From NCBI GenBank assembly GCA_043228905.1, contig JBHGNT010000020.1:3038001-3102000 (forward strand): a stretch of 64,000 nucleotides of DNA, in the 5' to 3' direction. Position numbers and translations under genes: made by a program. Below the pieces are notes generated by a model. That model had not been told where the DNA came from and did no database searches. It saw only the letters and a list, made by a program, of their open reading frames with translations. This document shows positions 11,949-24,673 of this stretch, in pieces (the stretch's first letter is position 1; each line of letters opens with the position of its first letter). This DNA comes from Azolla caroliniana (Eukaryota > Plantae > Polypodiophyta).

Positions 11949-14900
11949 ATGGATAAAGGCATGGCTAGTTCACTTCCAACAGAGAAGCTCGACAGAAATA
12001 ACTACGCGTCTTGGTCTTACAAGATGCACCAGTACCTGCTTGGGCACAGTTACTGGAGCTATGTCGACGGAGCAAATGACACAGCACCCCATTTGACACA
12101 CAGAGATTTCCCAGCGTCGGAACAGTCAGCAAGCAGAGTCCTCTACTGTTTCGCGTCTTGTGACGCTGAAAGATGCTTGGGGAAATCTAAAGAAGATTTT
12201 CGCCGCAAGCACCACAACTAGGAAACTTCAACTCCGACAAGAGTTGAGCAACTTACGACAATGCAACTTGTCGGTGGCTAATTACACCTTAGCCTCTATG
12301 GATGTGAACATCGAGGAAGGTGAGATGGTGCAGAAGTCTCGGGGGACTGGCGTCGAAGTTCGGAGCATTCCGAACTGCTGTGTGTACACGGGAGAATACG
12401 CAGTCGTTTTTAGACCTACTGTCCATGCTCCTTATAGAGGAAAACCATGTGGGTGCGTCGACGAGCATGCATGCCGACAGCAAGATGTTGTACACAGAGG
12501 GAGATAGGCCCCGTGGTCGTGGCGGACGAGGCGAGTCGGTACGCAATGGAAGCGGCAGACGGGATCAAGGAAGAAAGCATCAAAGTGATGCCAACGGGGG
12601 AGTCGAGGCGACGAGAACCGGCAAGGAAAAATCCATCGGGGAATGCTGGTACTGTGGCAAGAATGGCCACAAGGAGAGCGAGTGCTAGAAGAAGCACGCC
12701 GATTCGGAGAGGACCGGATTCGGATCAGGTTCCTGACAAACCGACAAGGGTAATCGGCAGCAATCGCACTACGCCGAAGGGTCCGAAAAAATTGGAAAAG
12801 GGTCAGCCTTCGTGACGAGACACAAAGCGAACTCGATGAAGAAGTTCACCCTGAAATCGGACGAGGTGTGGTACGTCGACTCTGGCACGTCAAAACACAT
12901 GACATGCCACAAGGAGTGGTTCTCATACCTTGAGAAACCAATGCAACCGGGAGTAGTCACAACCAGAGACGACACTCAGCATCCGATCGCGAATGTCGGT
13001 GAAGTTCCCCTAAGCCATGTCAGGCAGAAAGGGAAACTCATGAATGTGTTACACGTCCTGACAATCATGAAGAATCTGGTGTCGGTCGGGCAGATTGTCG
13101 ACCAGGGGATGCAAGTCTCCCGGGTGCCTCATCAAGGAAGAAGGCCGAGTTATTGCACAAGGGCGCAGAGATAGGAGGATGTTTATCCTCAACTCTAGTG
13201 ACGGTGGCACCGCAATGTTCGCAAAAGGACAAAAAGTCAAGTCGGATATCAACTTATGGCACAAGCAGATAGGCCACGTCAACTATCAACGGCTTCAAGA
13301 CCTGCAATCGAAACATGTGGTGTTCGGATTGCCCAAATTTAGTGGCCAGAAGGCACAAATTTGTGAAGCCTACCAGATAGGGAAGCAACACCGACTTCCT
13401 TTCCCTAACGAGCATAACCGAAGCCGAAACCAGCTCGACTTGATACATTCCGATGTATGGGGGCCAGCACAGAACTTTAGTCTTGGCGGGAGTCGATATT
13501 TCGTCTCCTTCATCGACGACTATACGTGGCACACGTGGATGTACCTCATTGAGAATAAGAGTGAAGTCTTCGACTGTTTCCGGGACCTCAAGAGTTTCGT
13601 CGAAAGGGAAACAAGAAGAAAGATCAAGTGCCTGCAGTCGGATAGCGGAAAAGAGTACTTTTCCGGTCAATTCAACGGGTATCTGCAACAAATGGGAATT
13701 CGGTGCGAATTCAGTTGCAGATATACACCAGAGCAAAACGGCGTGGCCGAAGGGAAAAATCGATTGATTGTGGAAGCGGCGCAGGCAATGCTGGAAGAAA
13801 AGAGCTTGCCCAAGTTCTATTGGCCCGAGACGGTACGAACCGCGGTGCACATCTAGAATCAGATGGGAGACAAAGTGTCGGCGCATGAGTTGTATTTCGT
13901 AAGTAAGCCGAATCTACGACACTTGAGAGTTTTCAATAACATTGTGTATGTGCATGTGCCAAAGGAGAAACCGAGGAAGTTGGACGCGAAAGCTGAGAAG
14001 TGTATCTTAGTCGGCTATTCGGACGAGCAAAAGGGTTATAAGTGCTATAACCCCCGAACCAAACAAGCTCGCGTGAGCTGCAACGTTGTGTTTGACGAGT
14101 CCGCGTCCTAGTACTTACCTCCAACTTCGGACCTCAACTCCAATCTTAGTTCTGACAATGAGGTCAGCGAGGCTGAAGTGCCTCTAGATGAGGATGAAAT
14201 CGGAACCCTCGAGGAGAGTCCGATCTCATTTCGGTTAAGTGGACCGAATGGACGACTGAGTCGGTTTGACCAGTCCGAAGAAGAGTCGGCGAGTAGTGGA
14301 GACTCTGTTGTGCATTCCTTGCGCAGGAAGCCGAGGAGACGGCTTACGCGCAAGGAAAAAGGCAAGAAGAAGGTGTCCCATTACGGCACGGATAGGAACG
14401 ATTAGGATCGACACGAGTCTGACTCCGAGGGAAGTGATGAGGGATCTTCGAGAGCAAAGTTCGTGTCGGCCAAGAAAACCTCAACATCGGCCAATGAGAA
14501 ATTACGCCGATCTACCCGCCAGAAGAACCCTGTTGTGCGGTTCGGATACAATGAGTACATGGTGCATCACTATGCTTACATGACCCGTGTAGCGGAAGTG
14601 CATGAACCGGAGAGCTACACAGAAGCAGCGAAGGACGCGAATTGGCGTGCCGCAATGGAGGAGGAGATGCACGCATTGGCGGAAAATGAAACCTGGGACC
14701 TGGTTGATGCGCCGAAAGGTGTGAAGCCAATCGGATGTAGGTGGGTGTACAAGGTCAAGCACAACACTGACAGCTCGGTCAACCGATACAAGGCCTGGAT
14801 AGTAGCAAAAGGCTACGTGCAACAACACAGCATCGACTACGATGAGACGTTTGCATCAGTCGTGAAGATGATGACCGTCCGCGTTTTGCTCTCAATCGTT

Positions 14901-16147
14901 GCGGCGAAGGGGTGGCACTTACATCAGATGGATGTAAAGAATGCGTTCCTGCAAGGTGAGCTTGAGGAACAGGTGTACATGGTACAGCCCCCCGGATTTC
15001 ACTCCGGAACGAACACCTCAACGGTGTGCCGGTTGAAGAAGTCCCTTTATGGACTAAAGCAAGCCCCGCGTGCTTGGAACACAAAAATCATGTAGCGATT
15101 GCGTCGGATGGGATTTGCGACGTCCAAATCAGACTCCTCACTGTTCATTCGGCAAGGTCGACTCAGGCCGGTTAGTATTTTACTTTATGTTGATGACTTG
15201 GTCATCACCGGCGCCAACCTAGGTGAAATTGACCGTGTAAAGCTCCAGCTTGCGGCATCATTCGTCATGAAAGATCTGGGGGATCATTATTACTTCCTCG
15301 GGATCGAAGTGATCCACACCCCCGAAGGCATACTGATCAGCCAACGGCATTACGTGCTGAGTATGCCTTCAAATTTGGGATGGCCGACTGTAAGTCCGTC
15401 TCGACTCCTCTAGATAGAACCATCAAGCTTCGCCCCGATTCCGACAATGTATGCAACCCGATGAGGTTCCGAGAGATAGTCAAAAGCCTTATATACTTTA
15501 CCATCACCCAACCAGATCTCATCTACTTGGTCGGGGTGATTAGTCAGTTCATGGCACGACCTACCGAGGAGCACCTTCAGTGTGCACAACACGTACTACG
15601 GTACACACGTGACACTAAGGACCGGGGGCTACTATACCAGACCGGTACAGCCCCGTAGTTGGTCGGCTACACCGATGCCGACTAGGCCGGCCACGTCGCT
15701 GATCGCTGATCCACGTCCGGTTTCACGTTCTCTCTTGGGAGTGCCACAATCGCGTGGAGTAGCAAGAAGCAGTCGACAGTTGCGTTGTTGTGCACCGAAG
15801 CTGAGCATAGAGGAGCGGTTGTCGCGACATGCGAAGCCATATGGTTGAAGCGGCTACTTCAGGATCTACAGGTGGAGGTATCCGATCCAACAACAATCTA
15901 CTGTGACAACCTCAATAGCATCCAACTAGCAAAGAACCTCGTCTTCCACACCCGGACTAAGCACATTGAGGTGCACTACCATTTCGTCCGTGAGCGTGTC
16001 CTCTTCAGTGAAGTCGAACTTCAGTATGTTTCGACGGATCGGCAGACCGCCGACATCTTCACCAAGCCTCTTGGTTTGGACATGTTGTGGCAATTCTTGA
16101 GTGCACTTGGTTTGCGTCACCTCGATGTGCTGAACTTGAGGGGGTGA
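11949..16147 (+). pseudogene. Copia C gag-pol, fragmented
   Basis: gag TEKLDRNNYASW; zinc knuckle CWYCGKNGHKESEC; protease WYVDSG; integrase HSDVWGP and YTPEQNGVAE; [11 protein letters not shown] and LYVDD; RNase H RTKHIEVHYHFVRE and ADIFTK. Multiple stops and frameshifts. Confidence 0.92.
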
Positions 16148-19118
16148 GACATCCCGAATGACCACCGAGGGGGAGAGAAGTTCTGGAAGAGCTCGACGCC
16201 GAGTCGGGTGACGAATTCGATTTCGGATTGGCTAAAGAAGCTCAGGGCGGATCCGCGGAAGATTCCAAAAGCGGATATAAAGGGAACAGTCGAAAGAAAG
16301 AGTTGAAGCTAACCAAGCGTGGGGGAGACGAAGCCATCAAGGGAGAAGACCGAAGACGAGTTGGAGACAGCCAACTCGGACGAAACCGAAAACCGATTGG
16401 AGGAAGCCGAGTCGGTTCAGATGTTTGATTTGGATACGCTGAATCAACTGAGGGCCAAGTGGAAGACAAGGCAACAGAAGAAGTGCCAACACCGCGACAG
16501 CAACGGAGCTGAGAAGGGCCGCACGAGCCCGCAAGCCGACCGGAAGGGTCAAGGCGCACATAATCGAACAGGTCGAGGAGCGCAAGCAAGGCGTGAAGCC
16601 AGAAGGAACCGGAGCGTCACCTCGATGTGCTGAACTTGAGGGGGAGAGACATCCCGAATGACCACGGAAGGGGGAGAGAAGTTCTGGAAGAGCTCGACGC
16701 CGAGTCGGGTGACGAATTCGATTTCGGATTGGCTAAAGAAGCATAGGGCGGATCCGCAGAAGATTCCGAAAGCGGATATAAGGGGAACAGTCGAAAGAAA
16801 GAGTCGAAGCCAACCAAGCGTGGGGGAGACGAAGACATCAACGGAGAAGACCGAAGACGAGTTGGAGACAGCCAACTCGGACGAAACCGAAAACCGATTG
16901 GAGGACGCCGAGTCGGTTCAGATGTTTGATTTGGATACGCTGAATCAACTGAGGGCCAAGTGGAAGACAAGGCAACAGAAGAAGTGCCAACACCGCGACA
17001 GCAACGGAGCTGAGAAGGGCCGCACGAGCACGCAAGCCGACCGGAAGGGTCAAGGCGCACATAATCGAACAGGTCGAGGAGCGCAAGCAAGGCGTGAAGC
17101 CAGAAGGAACCGGAGCGTCACCTCGATGTGCTGAACATGAGGAGGAGAGACATCCCGAATGACCACGGAAGGGGGAGAGAAGTTCTGGAAGAGCTCGACG
17201 CCGAGTCGGGTGACGAATTCGATTTCGGATTGGCTAAAGAAGCATAGGGCGGATCCGCGGAAGATTCCGAAAGCGGATATAAGGGGAACAGTCGAAAGAA
17301 AGAGTCGAAGCCAACCAAGCGTGGGGGAGACGAAGCCATCAAGGGAGAAGACCGAAGACGAGTTGGAGACAGCCAACTCGGACGAAACCGAAAACCGATT
17401 GGAGGAAGCCGAGTCGGTTCAGATGTTTGATTTGGATACGCTGAATCAACTGAGGGCCAAGTGGAAGAGATGGCAACAGAAGAAGTGCCAACACCGCGAC
17501 AGCAACGGAGCTGAGAAGGGCCGCACGAGCACGCAAGCCGACCGGAAGGGTCAAGGCGCACATAATCGAACAGGTCGAGGAGCGCAAGCAAGGCGTGAAG
17601 CCAGAAGGAACCGGAGCGTCACCTCGATGTGCTGAACTTGAGGGGGAGAGACATCCCGAATGACCACCGAAGGGGGAGAGAAGTTCTGGAAGAGCTCGAC
17701 GCCGAGTCGGGTGACGAATTCGATTTCGGATTGGCTAAAGAAGCTGAGGGCAGATCCGCGGAAGATTCCGAAAGCGGATATAAGGGGAACAGTCGAAAGA
17801 AAGAGTCGAAGCCAACCAAGCGTGGGGGAGACGAAGCCATCAAGGGAGAAGACCGAAGACGAGTTGGAGACAGCCAACTCGGACGAAACCGAAAACCGAT
17901 TCGAGGAAGCCGAGTCGGTTCAGATGTTTGATTTGGATACGCTAAATCAATTGAGGGCCAAGTGGAAGACAAGGCAACAGAAGAAGTGCCAACACCGCGA
18001 CAGCAACGGAGCTGAGAAGGGCCGCACGAGCATGCAAGCCAACCGGAAGGGTCAAGGCGCACATAATCGAACAGGTCGAGGAGCGCAAGCAAGGCGTGAA
18101 GCCAGAAGGAACCGGAGCGTCACCTCGATGTGCTGAACTTGAGGGGGAGAGACATCCCGAATGACCACGAAAGGGGGAGAGAAGTTCTGGAAGAGCTCGA
18201 CGCCGAGTCGGCTGACGAATTCGATTTCGGATTGGCTAAAGAAGCTGAGGACGGATCCGGGGAAGATTCCGAAAGCGGATATAAGGGGAACAGTCGAAAG
18301 AAAGAGTCGAAGCCAAACAAGCGTGGGGGAGACGAAGCCATCAAGGGAGAAGACCGAAGACGAGTTGGAGACAGCCAACTCGGACGAAACCGAAAACCGA
18401 TTGGAGGAAGCCGAGTCGGTTCAGATGTTTGATTTGGATACGCTGAATCAACTGAGGGCCAAGTGGAAGACAAGGCAACAGAAGAAGTGCCAACACCGCG
18501 ACAGCAACGGCGCTAAGAAGGGTCGCACGAGCACGCAAGCCGACCGGAAGGGTCAAGGCGCACATAATCGAACAGGTCGAGGAGCGCAAGCAAGGCGTGA
18601 AGCCAGAAGGAACCGGAGCGTCACCTCGATGTGCTGAACTTGAGGGGGAGAGACATCCCGAATGACCACGGAAGGGGGAGAGAAGTTCTGGAAGAGCTCG
18701 ACGCCGAGTCGGGTGACGAATTCGATTTCGGATTGGCTAAAGAAGCTGAGGGCGGATCCGCGGAAGATTCCGAAAGCGGATATAAGGGGAACAGTCGAAA
18801 GAAAGAGTCGAAGCCAACCAAGCGTGGGGGAGACGAAGCCATCAAGGGAGAAGACCGAAGACGAGTTGGAGACAGCCAACTCGGACGAAACCGAAAACCG
18901 ATTGGAGGAAGCCGAGTCGGTTCAGATGTTTGATTTGGATACGCTGAATCAACTGAGGGCCAAGTGGAAGAGAAGGCAACAGAAGAAGTGCCAACACCGC
19001 GACAGCAATGGAGCTGAGAAGGGCCGCACGAGCACGCAAGCCGACCGAAAGGGTCAAGGTGCACATAATCGAACAGGTCGAGGAGCGCAAGAAAGGCGTG
19101 AAGCCAGAAGGAACCGGA
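16114..19118 (+). repeat. Tandem array, 6 units of 500-501 bp, inside Copia C between RNase H and the PPT
   Basis: Units start at 16114, 16614, 17115, 17616, 18117 and 18618. The ORF track recurs with a 501-nt period; only scattered substitutions separate the units. Confidence 0.97.
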
Positions 19119-21585
19119 GTGTAGATCCGGAAGAGCAGATGGAACCTCAAGTTGGGCTTGAGGGGGAGTGTTGAGATACAAGCTCAACTTTGGCTGGATC
19201 GGCTATGCAAGCCTAGAACCGGATCGGTTGGGACCGATCGGTTAGGCCGGACCGATGCGTAAAACGGGTGGGTAAACCGGTGCACAACAAGAAACCGTAG
19301 CGGTGCATAAACCGCGAGGCCGTTGGAAAGATATTCCGCGTAGGAATATATTTGGGGAGTTAGTATAGAGCTCATTTATGAGCATTGAAGTATGTGTCAG
19401 TACTTCTGTCAATCCGTATGGACTTGTATAAAAGTGCTCACTGAGCACATTCTATGTACAGATTGAGTATTATTTTTTAATTGAGTTTTGTGTGCATTCT
19501 CTCTCTCTCTATCTCCATTAAAGCTCTCCATTAAACCTGCATTTTCTGTGTTCAGTTTTCTATTGCTTCTGCACGCTATTCTTTCTACAAAGATTATGAT
19601 CAAGGCGTGTGGGATCGACGTGCAAGGCATTCTCCCACGGGCGTGCCATATTGTGTTACCGTACAAGATTTAAGGGTGATTGATAAGTGTGATAAGTAAG
19701 GATGAAAGATGTAATGCATTGATATGTATGTGTAATGTTATACGATTATGAGTGTGAATGTAAGTGTGAGTGTGGTGGATACAAAGAGGTGTGAGTGAGT
19801 GACTAGGTGTGAAAGCCCAAGGGGCTTGCACCCTTGTGTATCTACCCTTTTGTAACTATTTAACCCCTTATGGGGTATGAATGAAGAGAATGATCATTTC
19901 TCTCTCTCTCTCTCCCCCTTAACGTTGAAACCCCCTTGGGAGGGGGGTGGAGCCATTCTAGGCACCACACCCCACCCCGTAATGCTTCTCGATGCTTGTC
20001 AACATCTTCATAATCTCCCTCACCATCATATCGTTCATCATCTTCACTATTACAGCATGTTTATCTTCATTATCAATCATCATGATTATCATTATCCTTT
20101 ACCCTAACCCTAAAACCTATAACACCGATCGGCCTCACTCCTTTCGGTACGTCCACTAAATCCCACGTCTCGTTCTCCGTGAGTGCGTGTATCTCTTCCT
20201 CCATGGTGGCATGCCAATTTGCATCCTTCACCGCTTCTACGTAGCTCTCCGGTTCACGCACTTCCGCCACCTTCATCATGTACACATAGTGATGCGCCAT
20301 TTACTCATGATACCCATGGGGCTCTTTTGGCGGGTCGATCGGCGTAACCTCTCGTTAGCCGATTTCGAGGCCCCCTTGGCCGGCACGGACGTCGTTCCCG
20401 AAGGTCCGTCTTCATTCTTTCCAGACTCGGATTCGCTCCGATCCGACTCATCTCTGTTGGTAGCGTATTTCGGCATCTTCTTCTTCCCCTTCTCTTTGTG
20501 TGTGAACCATCTCCTCGGTTCCTTGTGCAGGGAGAGCACGACCGAGTCTTCACTATTTGTTGGCTTGTCATCCGGTTGACCACTACGACTCAACCGGTCC
20601 GAATTCGGTCCACTCATTAAGAGAGAAGTCAGACTATCCGGTTGTTCGGATTCCACGATGTTTCTATCTATACCAGATTCCACCAGATCATCAACAACAA
20701 TCGGCTCGGGTTCAAGTGGAGAGAAGTACCAAGATGTTGATTCATCAAAAACGACATCTTGGCTTAACTTGAACCATTTTCGATCGGGGCTTATAACACT
20801 TATAACCCTTCTGTTCATTCGAGTAGCTGATGAGAATGCACTTTTCGGCTTTCGCGTCTAACTTCCTCCGTTTTTCCTTTGGTACATGCACATATGCAAT
20901 GCTACCGAACACCCAAAGGTGTGCCAATTTCGGCTTCCGCTCGAAATACAATTCGTGCAGCGACACCTTTGTCCCTGAGACAGATATCCGATTCTGGATG
21001 TAGACAACTATCCAAATTGCTTTGGCCCAATAAAACTTGGGCATGCTTTTCTCCTCAAGCATCGCCCTTGCTGCTTCTACCAGCGTCCTGTTTCAACGCT
21101 CGGCCATGTCGTTCTGCTCCGGCGTGTATCTACATGAGAACTCCCATTGGATTCCCTTCGTATGCAGATAACTTGTGAACTCACCCAAAAAGTACTCTTT
21201 TCGGCCATCTGATCTCAAACACTTGATCTTTCTTCCGGTCTTGCGTTCAACAAGGTTCTTCAAATATCGGAAACACGAGAAAACTTCGCTTTTCTTCTCA
21301 ATTAGATAGATCCAAGTGTGCCAAGTGAAATCGTCAATGAAGTAGACGAAATACCAACTCCCACCGATGCTCACGTTTTGTGCCAATCCCCACACATCCG
21401 AATGGATGAGATCAAGCCAGTTCCGGCTTCGATTCTTTAGATTGGGGAACGCAAGCCTATGCTACTTCCCGAGCTTGCAAGCTTCACATATCTGGCCTTT
21501 CTGGTCACTGAACTTCGGCAATCCAAAAACTACTTGTTCCGACTGCAACTCGTGAAGCTTCCGAAAATTGATGTGGCCTATCTGC

Positions 21586-22679
21586 TGTCGTGAAGATTTT
21601 CGACAATGGTGTGAAAATTACGAGGAATGTCCAAAATCGAGTGTGGCTCTTCACACAAGACATGAAACAATGATAGTGAAGATACTATTTTAGATTAGCT
21701 TAATATCTTGATACGGGAAGATGGAGGTCTTCAAGAGATTCTGAATGTACTTTACTAAATTTGAAATGGACAAATAAATGTTGAGAATAAGAAGAGAAAA
21801 ACAAAACTATGAGATATCTCACATAGGTAGGACAAATCAGGATCCCACATTATATAAGCAGAGCCAGAACTTATTATTTTTTGTCTATGAGTGGAGCACA
21901 GAATGTTCTTGGGCTAAACTTTCGCTTATCTACTCGTAATGGTTTTGGGTGACCAGACGGTGACGAAACCGGCGACAGAACCGGAACCAAACGGTGACGG
22001 CGATCGAACCGGGACCAGCACCGGAACCAGACCGGATCGTCGGGTCAGAAGCGGACCGAATAGACGAATCGATCGGATAGGTTCATCGCGGCAATTTCGG
22101 TGTGAAACGAACAAAATCATCTAGACTAAAAAACCTATTAGAAATTTGTAATCGAAGGGATGCAAGCAAGGCTTAAACCTTACACCTCCAAGATAGGAGG
22201 AGTAGACTTACCACTAAGCTAAGTCGTTTGCTTAGAAATATTTTTTCTATCATTATACTTTTACATGTAAATTCTCATATTAGAGCTTGATTGAGCGACA
22301 TGGTTATCATGCATCACATGTAATGCATGAGCGCCAAATGGCAAACATACATCACATGCATTCCATGCATTGTATGCTTGTCTTGTAGTCTCACATGCAT
22401 CATATGCATGGGGGCGTCTATAAAAGAGTGGTTGAAAAAGACAAAAGGGGGGCAAGGTATTAATCAAGAATTTAAAAGTAAGAAATTCGTTATCCAATTG
22501 ATGTATTAATGTTGTCTCTCAATCTAAAGTCAAGCGTTCTATCTTATCTCAATCTCTCTCTCTTTCAATCTATCTTAATTCCTTTCTCGCTAAAACTTGT
22601 GCAAACTTCGATTCCTTCCGGTCCAGAACCCCGGCGGTTCCGCCTCACGATACGCACGTAGTGACGAATCTTCACGACA
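21586..22679. mobile_element. Solo LTR-like insertion in the GAG-pre-integrase region of A
   Basis: Perfect 13-bp terminal IR TGTCGTGAAGATT / AATCTTCACGACA. It splits the LWHK-RIGH motif; flanks are CTGC / CCAC. Confidence 0.75.
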
Positions 22680-24673
22680 CCACTTGTGCCACAGGTCAAT
22701 GTCTGACTCGACCTTCTGCCCTTTTGCAAACATATCGGTGCCAACATCATTCGTTTTGAGGATAAACATCCTCTTGTCTCGGCGCCCTTGCGCGATGAGT
22801 TTGCCCTCTTCTTCAATGAAGCACCCGGGGTGCGTGAACCGAATCTGCATCCCTTGATCGACAATCTGTCCAACAGACACCAAATTCTTTGTGATTGTCG
22901 GGGCGTGCAAGACGTTCATCAGCTTTCCCTTCTACCCGACATGGTTGAGAGGGACCTCACCGATGTGCTCGATGGTATGAGGAGTGTCGTCTCTGGTTTC
23001 GACTACTCCCGGTTGCTTAGGTTTTCCAAGAATGAGAACCATTCTTCGTGGCATGTCATATGGTTTACGCTCCGGAGTCGACATACCATACCTCATTCGG
23101 TTTCGAGGTGTTCTTCTTCATTGAATTTGGCTTGTGTTTCATCACAAAGGTTGGGCCCGATCCATCTTCGGAATCGGATTTTTCCGATTCCTCAATGTAG
23201 TGCGAGCTTTGCCTGCTTCCTCGACCGGCCTTGCCGGATCCGGATTTGTCCAAATCGGCGCACTTCTTCCAGTAGTCACTCTCTCTGTGGCCCTTCTGGC
23301 CACAGTACCAACATTCCATTGCGATCTTCTCTTGTCGATTTCCAGTGCCGCTTTGACTCCCCTTGCTTCCGAAGGGTCCGAAACTATTGTCGGCACCATC
23401 CTTGTGCCTTCGGTTTAGCTCTTGTCAGTTGCTTCCACCGCCTACCGATCCTCCTCCGTGTACAGCATCTTGATGTCAGTGTGCGTGCTTGTTGACGCAC
23501 CCACGTGGTTCTCCTCTACTAGGAGCATCGATTATAAGTCGAAAAACGAGGGCGTATTATCCCTTGTACAAACCGTTGTCCGGAATGCTCCGAACTTTGA
23601 CGCCAGGCCCTTGAGACAAATCTACACCATCTCATCTTCCTCGACAGTCACATTGATAGAGGCAAGTGAGTCGTAGATGTCTTTGATCCGGGCCGTATAG
23701 TCGGCCACCGACATGTCCTTCTGTTGGACATTGCTCAACTCCTATTGGAGTTGCAGCTCTTGGGCCGTAGTGCTTGTGGAGAAGACCTTCTTCAGGTTTC
23801 CCCAAGCTTCCTTCGGTATCTTGGCGTCCCGGATATGGCTCAGCAGCTGATCGCTAACACTGGACGCAAAGCAGTACATAACTCTGCTTGCCGCTTGTTC
23901 CCAAGTCGGGAAGTCCCTGGGTGTCGCATCAGGTGTCGTATCATTAGCTCCGTCAACATAACTCCAGTAACCATGCCCGAGCAGGTACTGGTGCATCTTG
24001 TATGACCAAGATGTGTAGTTGGATCTGTCGAGCTTCTCCGTAAGGAGCGAGCTAGCCGTTCCTCTGTCCATTCTAACCTTGTTTTCTGTTTGCTATTGGG
24101 TGTTAGGGTTTGTATTCGGAAATCACTCGTTGGCTGCAGAGGTTCTTAACCCTCGTGCTCTGATACCATGTAAAGGAATACGTGTGGAAGCTTTGACAAA
24201 ACCAGTTACACCGAATAACAACAGAGAGTAAACACGGGTTTAATGGAAGCTTAGAATACACAGTTCACGAGAGAGAAAAAAAGAGCAAAACAGTAGAAAC
24301 TTAATTCAAAATAATAACACTTTGTACATACAAATGTCCTACATAACACTTTTTATACAAGTCCTTAAAAGGATTGACAGGAGTACTGACAAGTACTTCA
24401 ATGCTCATACGAGCGACGACACTGACTCCTAAAAATATGCCTACCTACTAGGCTAGATTCGTAGACCTCTAACGGCTTACCGGTTCCGATCCGATCCGTC
24501 TCTCCGACCCAGCTCTTGGTTCTGGATACCGATCCGGATCCAGTTGAGCTTGTTCGCTCAACAACTTGGATCATCTGTTGTTGACTCTTCTCAGTCGACT
24601 CTTCATGTCTTTGTCTATCGGCTCTCTCAGTTGAGCAGTCGGCTCCTCTCAAAGGAGGGACATATTCCTAACA

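Larger units (their letters stand above)
11423..19589 (+). mobile_element. Full-length decayed Ty1/Copia element C nested in B
   Basis: LTRs 11423-11858 and 19169-19589; TSD AAGAT (11418-11422 / 19590-19594); PBS TGGTATCAGAG at 11859; PPT immediately before 19169. Confidence 0.95.
9032..20124 (+). mobile_element. Non-autonomous LTR element B (LARD-like, probably Gypsy-derived) inserted in the RT of A
   Basis: LTRs 9032-9482 and 19654-20124 (TGTTACC...ACA); TSD CTGAT / CCGAT; PBS-like TGGCGACCACT 9489-9499. The ~2 kb internal region has no recognisable gag or pol motif. Confidence 0.85.
6220..24563 (-). mobile_element. Full-length decayed Ty1/Copia element A with three nested insertions
   Basis: LTRs 6220-6577 and 24169-24563; TSD ACTTG (6215-6219 / 24564-24568); tRNA-iMet PBS 24157-24168; PPT from 6578. 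gag 23320-24071, protease WYVDSGA ~23070, integrase ~20750-21580, RT LYVDD ~8570, RNase H ~7700-8100. Confidence 0.93.
4573..24673 (-). mobile_element. Fragmented Copia-family LTR acting as host of the nest (pieces 4573-4630, 5830-6219, 24569-24673)
   Basis: The pieces rejoin after removing inserts with TSDs CAGAG and ACTTG. The right end reads TGTTAGGAATATGTCCC on the minus strand, the same family as the LTR at 4631. Candidate TSD TCTAT at 4568-4572 / 24674-24678; left end appears truncated. Confidence 0.6.

Noticed and set aside
16114-19118. CRISPR-like array or a repetitive host protein gene
   Set aside because: Units are contiguous 501-bp near-identical copies with no unique spacers and no cas genes. 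The repeated ORFs are pieces of the Copia pol tail, each with stops.
19140-19174. V(E/G)LEGEC as a conserved protein motif
   Set aside because: It is the translation of the hairpin arm, PPT and LTR start. It also occurs after the stop codon in D, so the constraint is at nucleotide level.
22159-22225. Functional tRNA gene
   Set aside because: Only A/B-box-like motifs; acceptor and anticodon stems are not evident.
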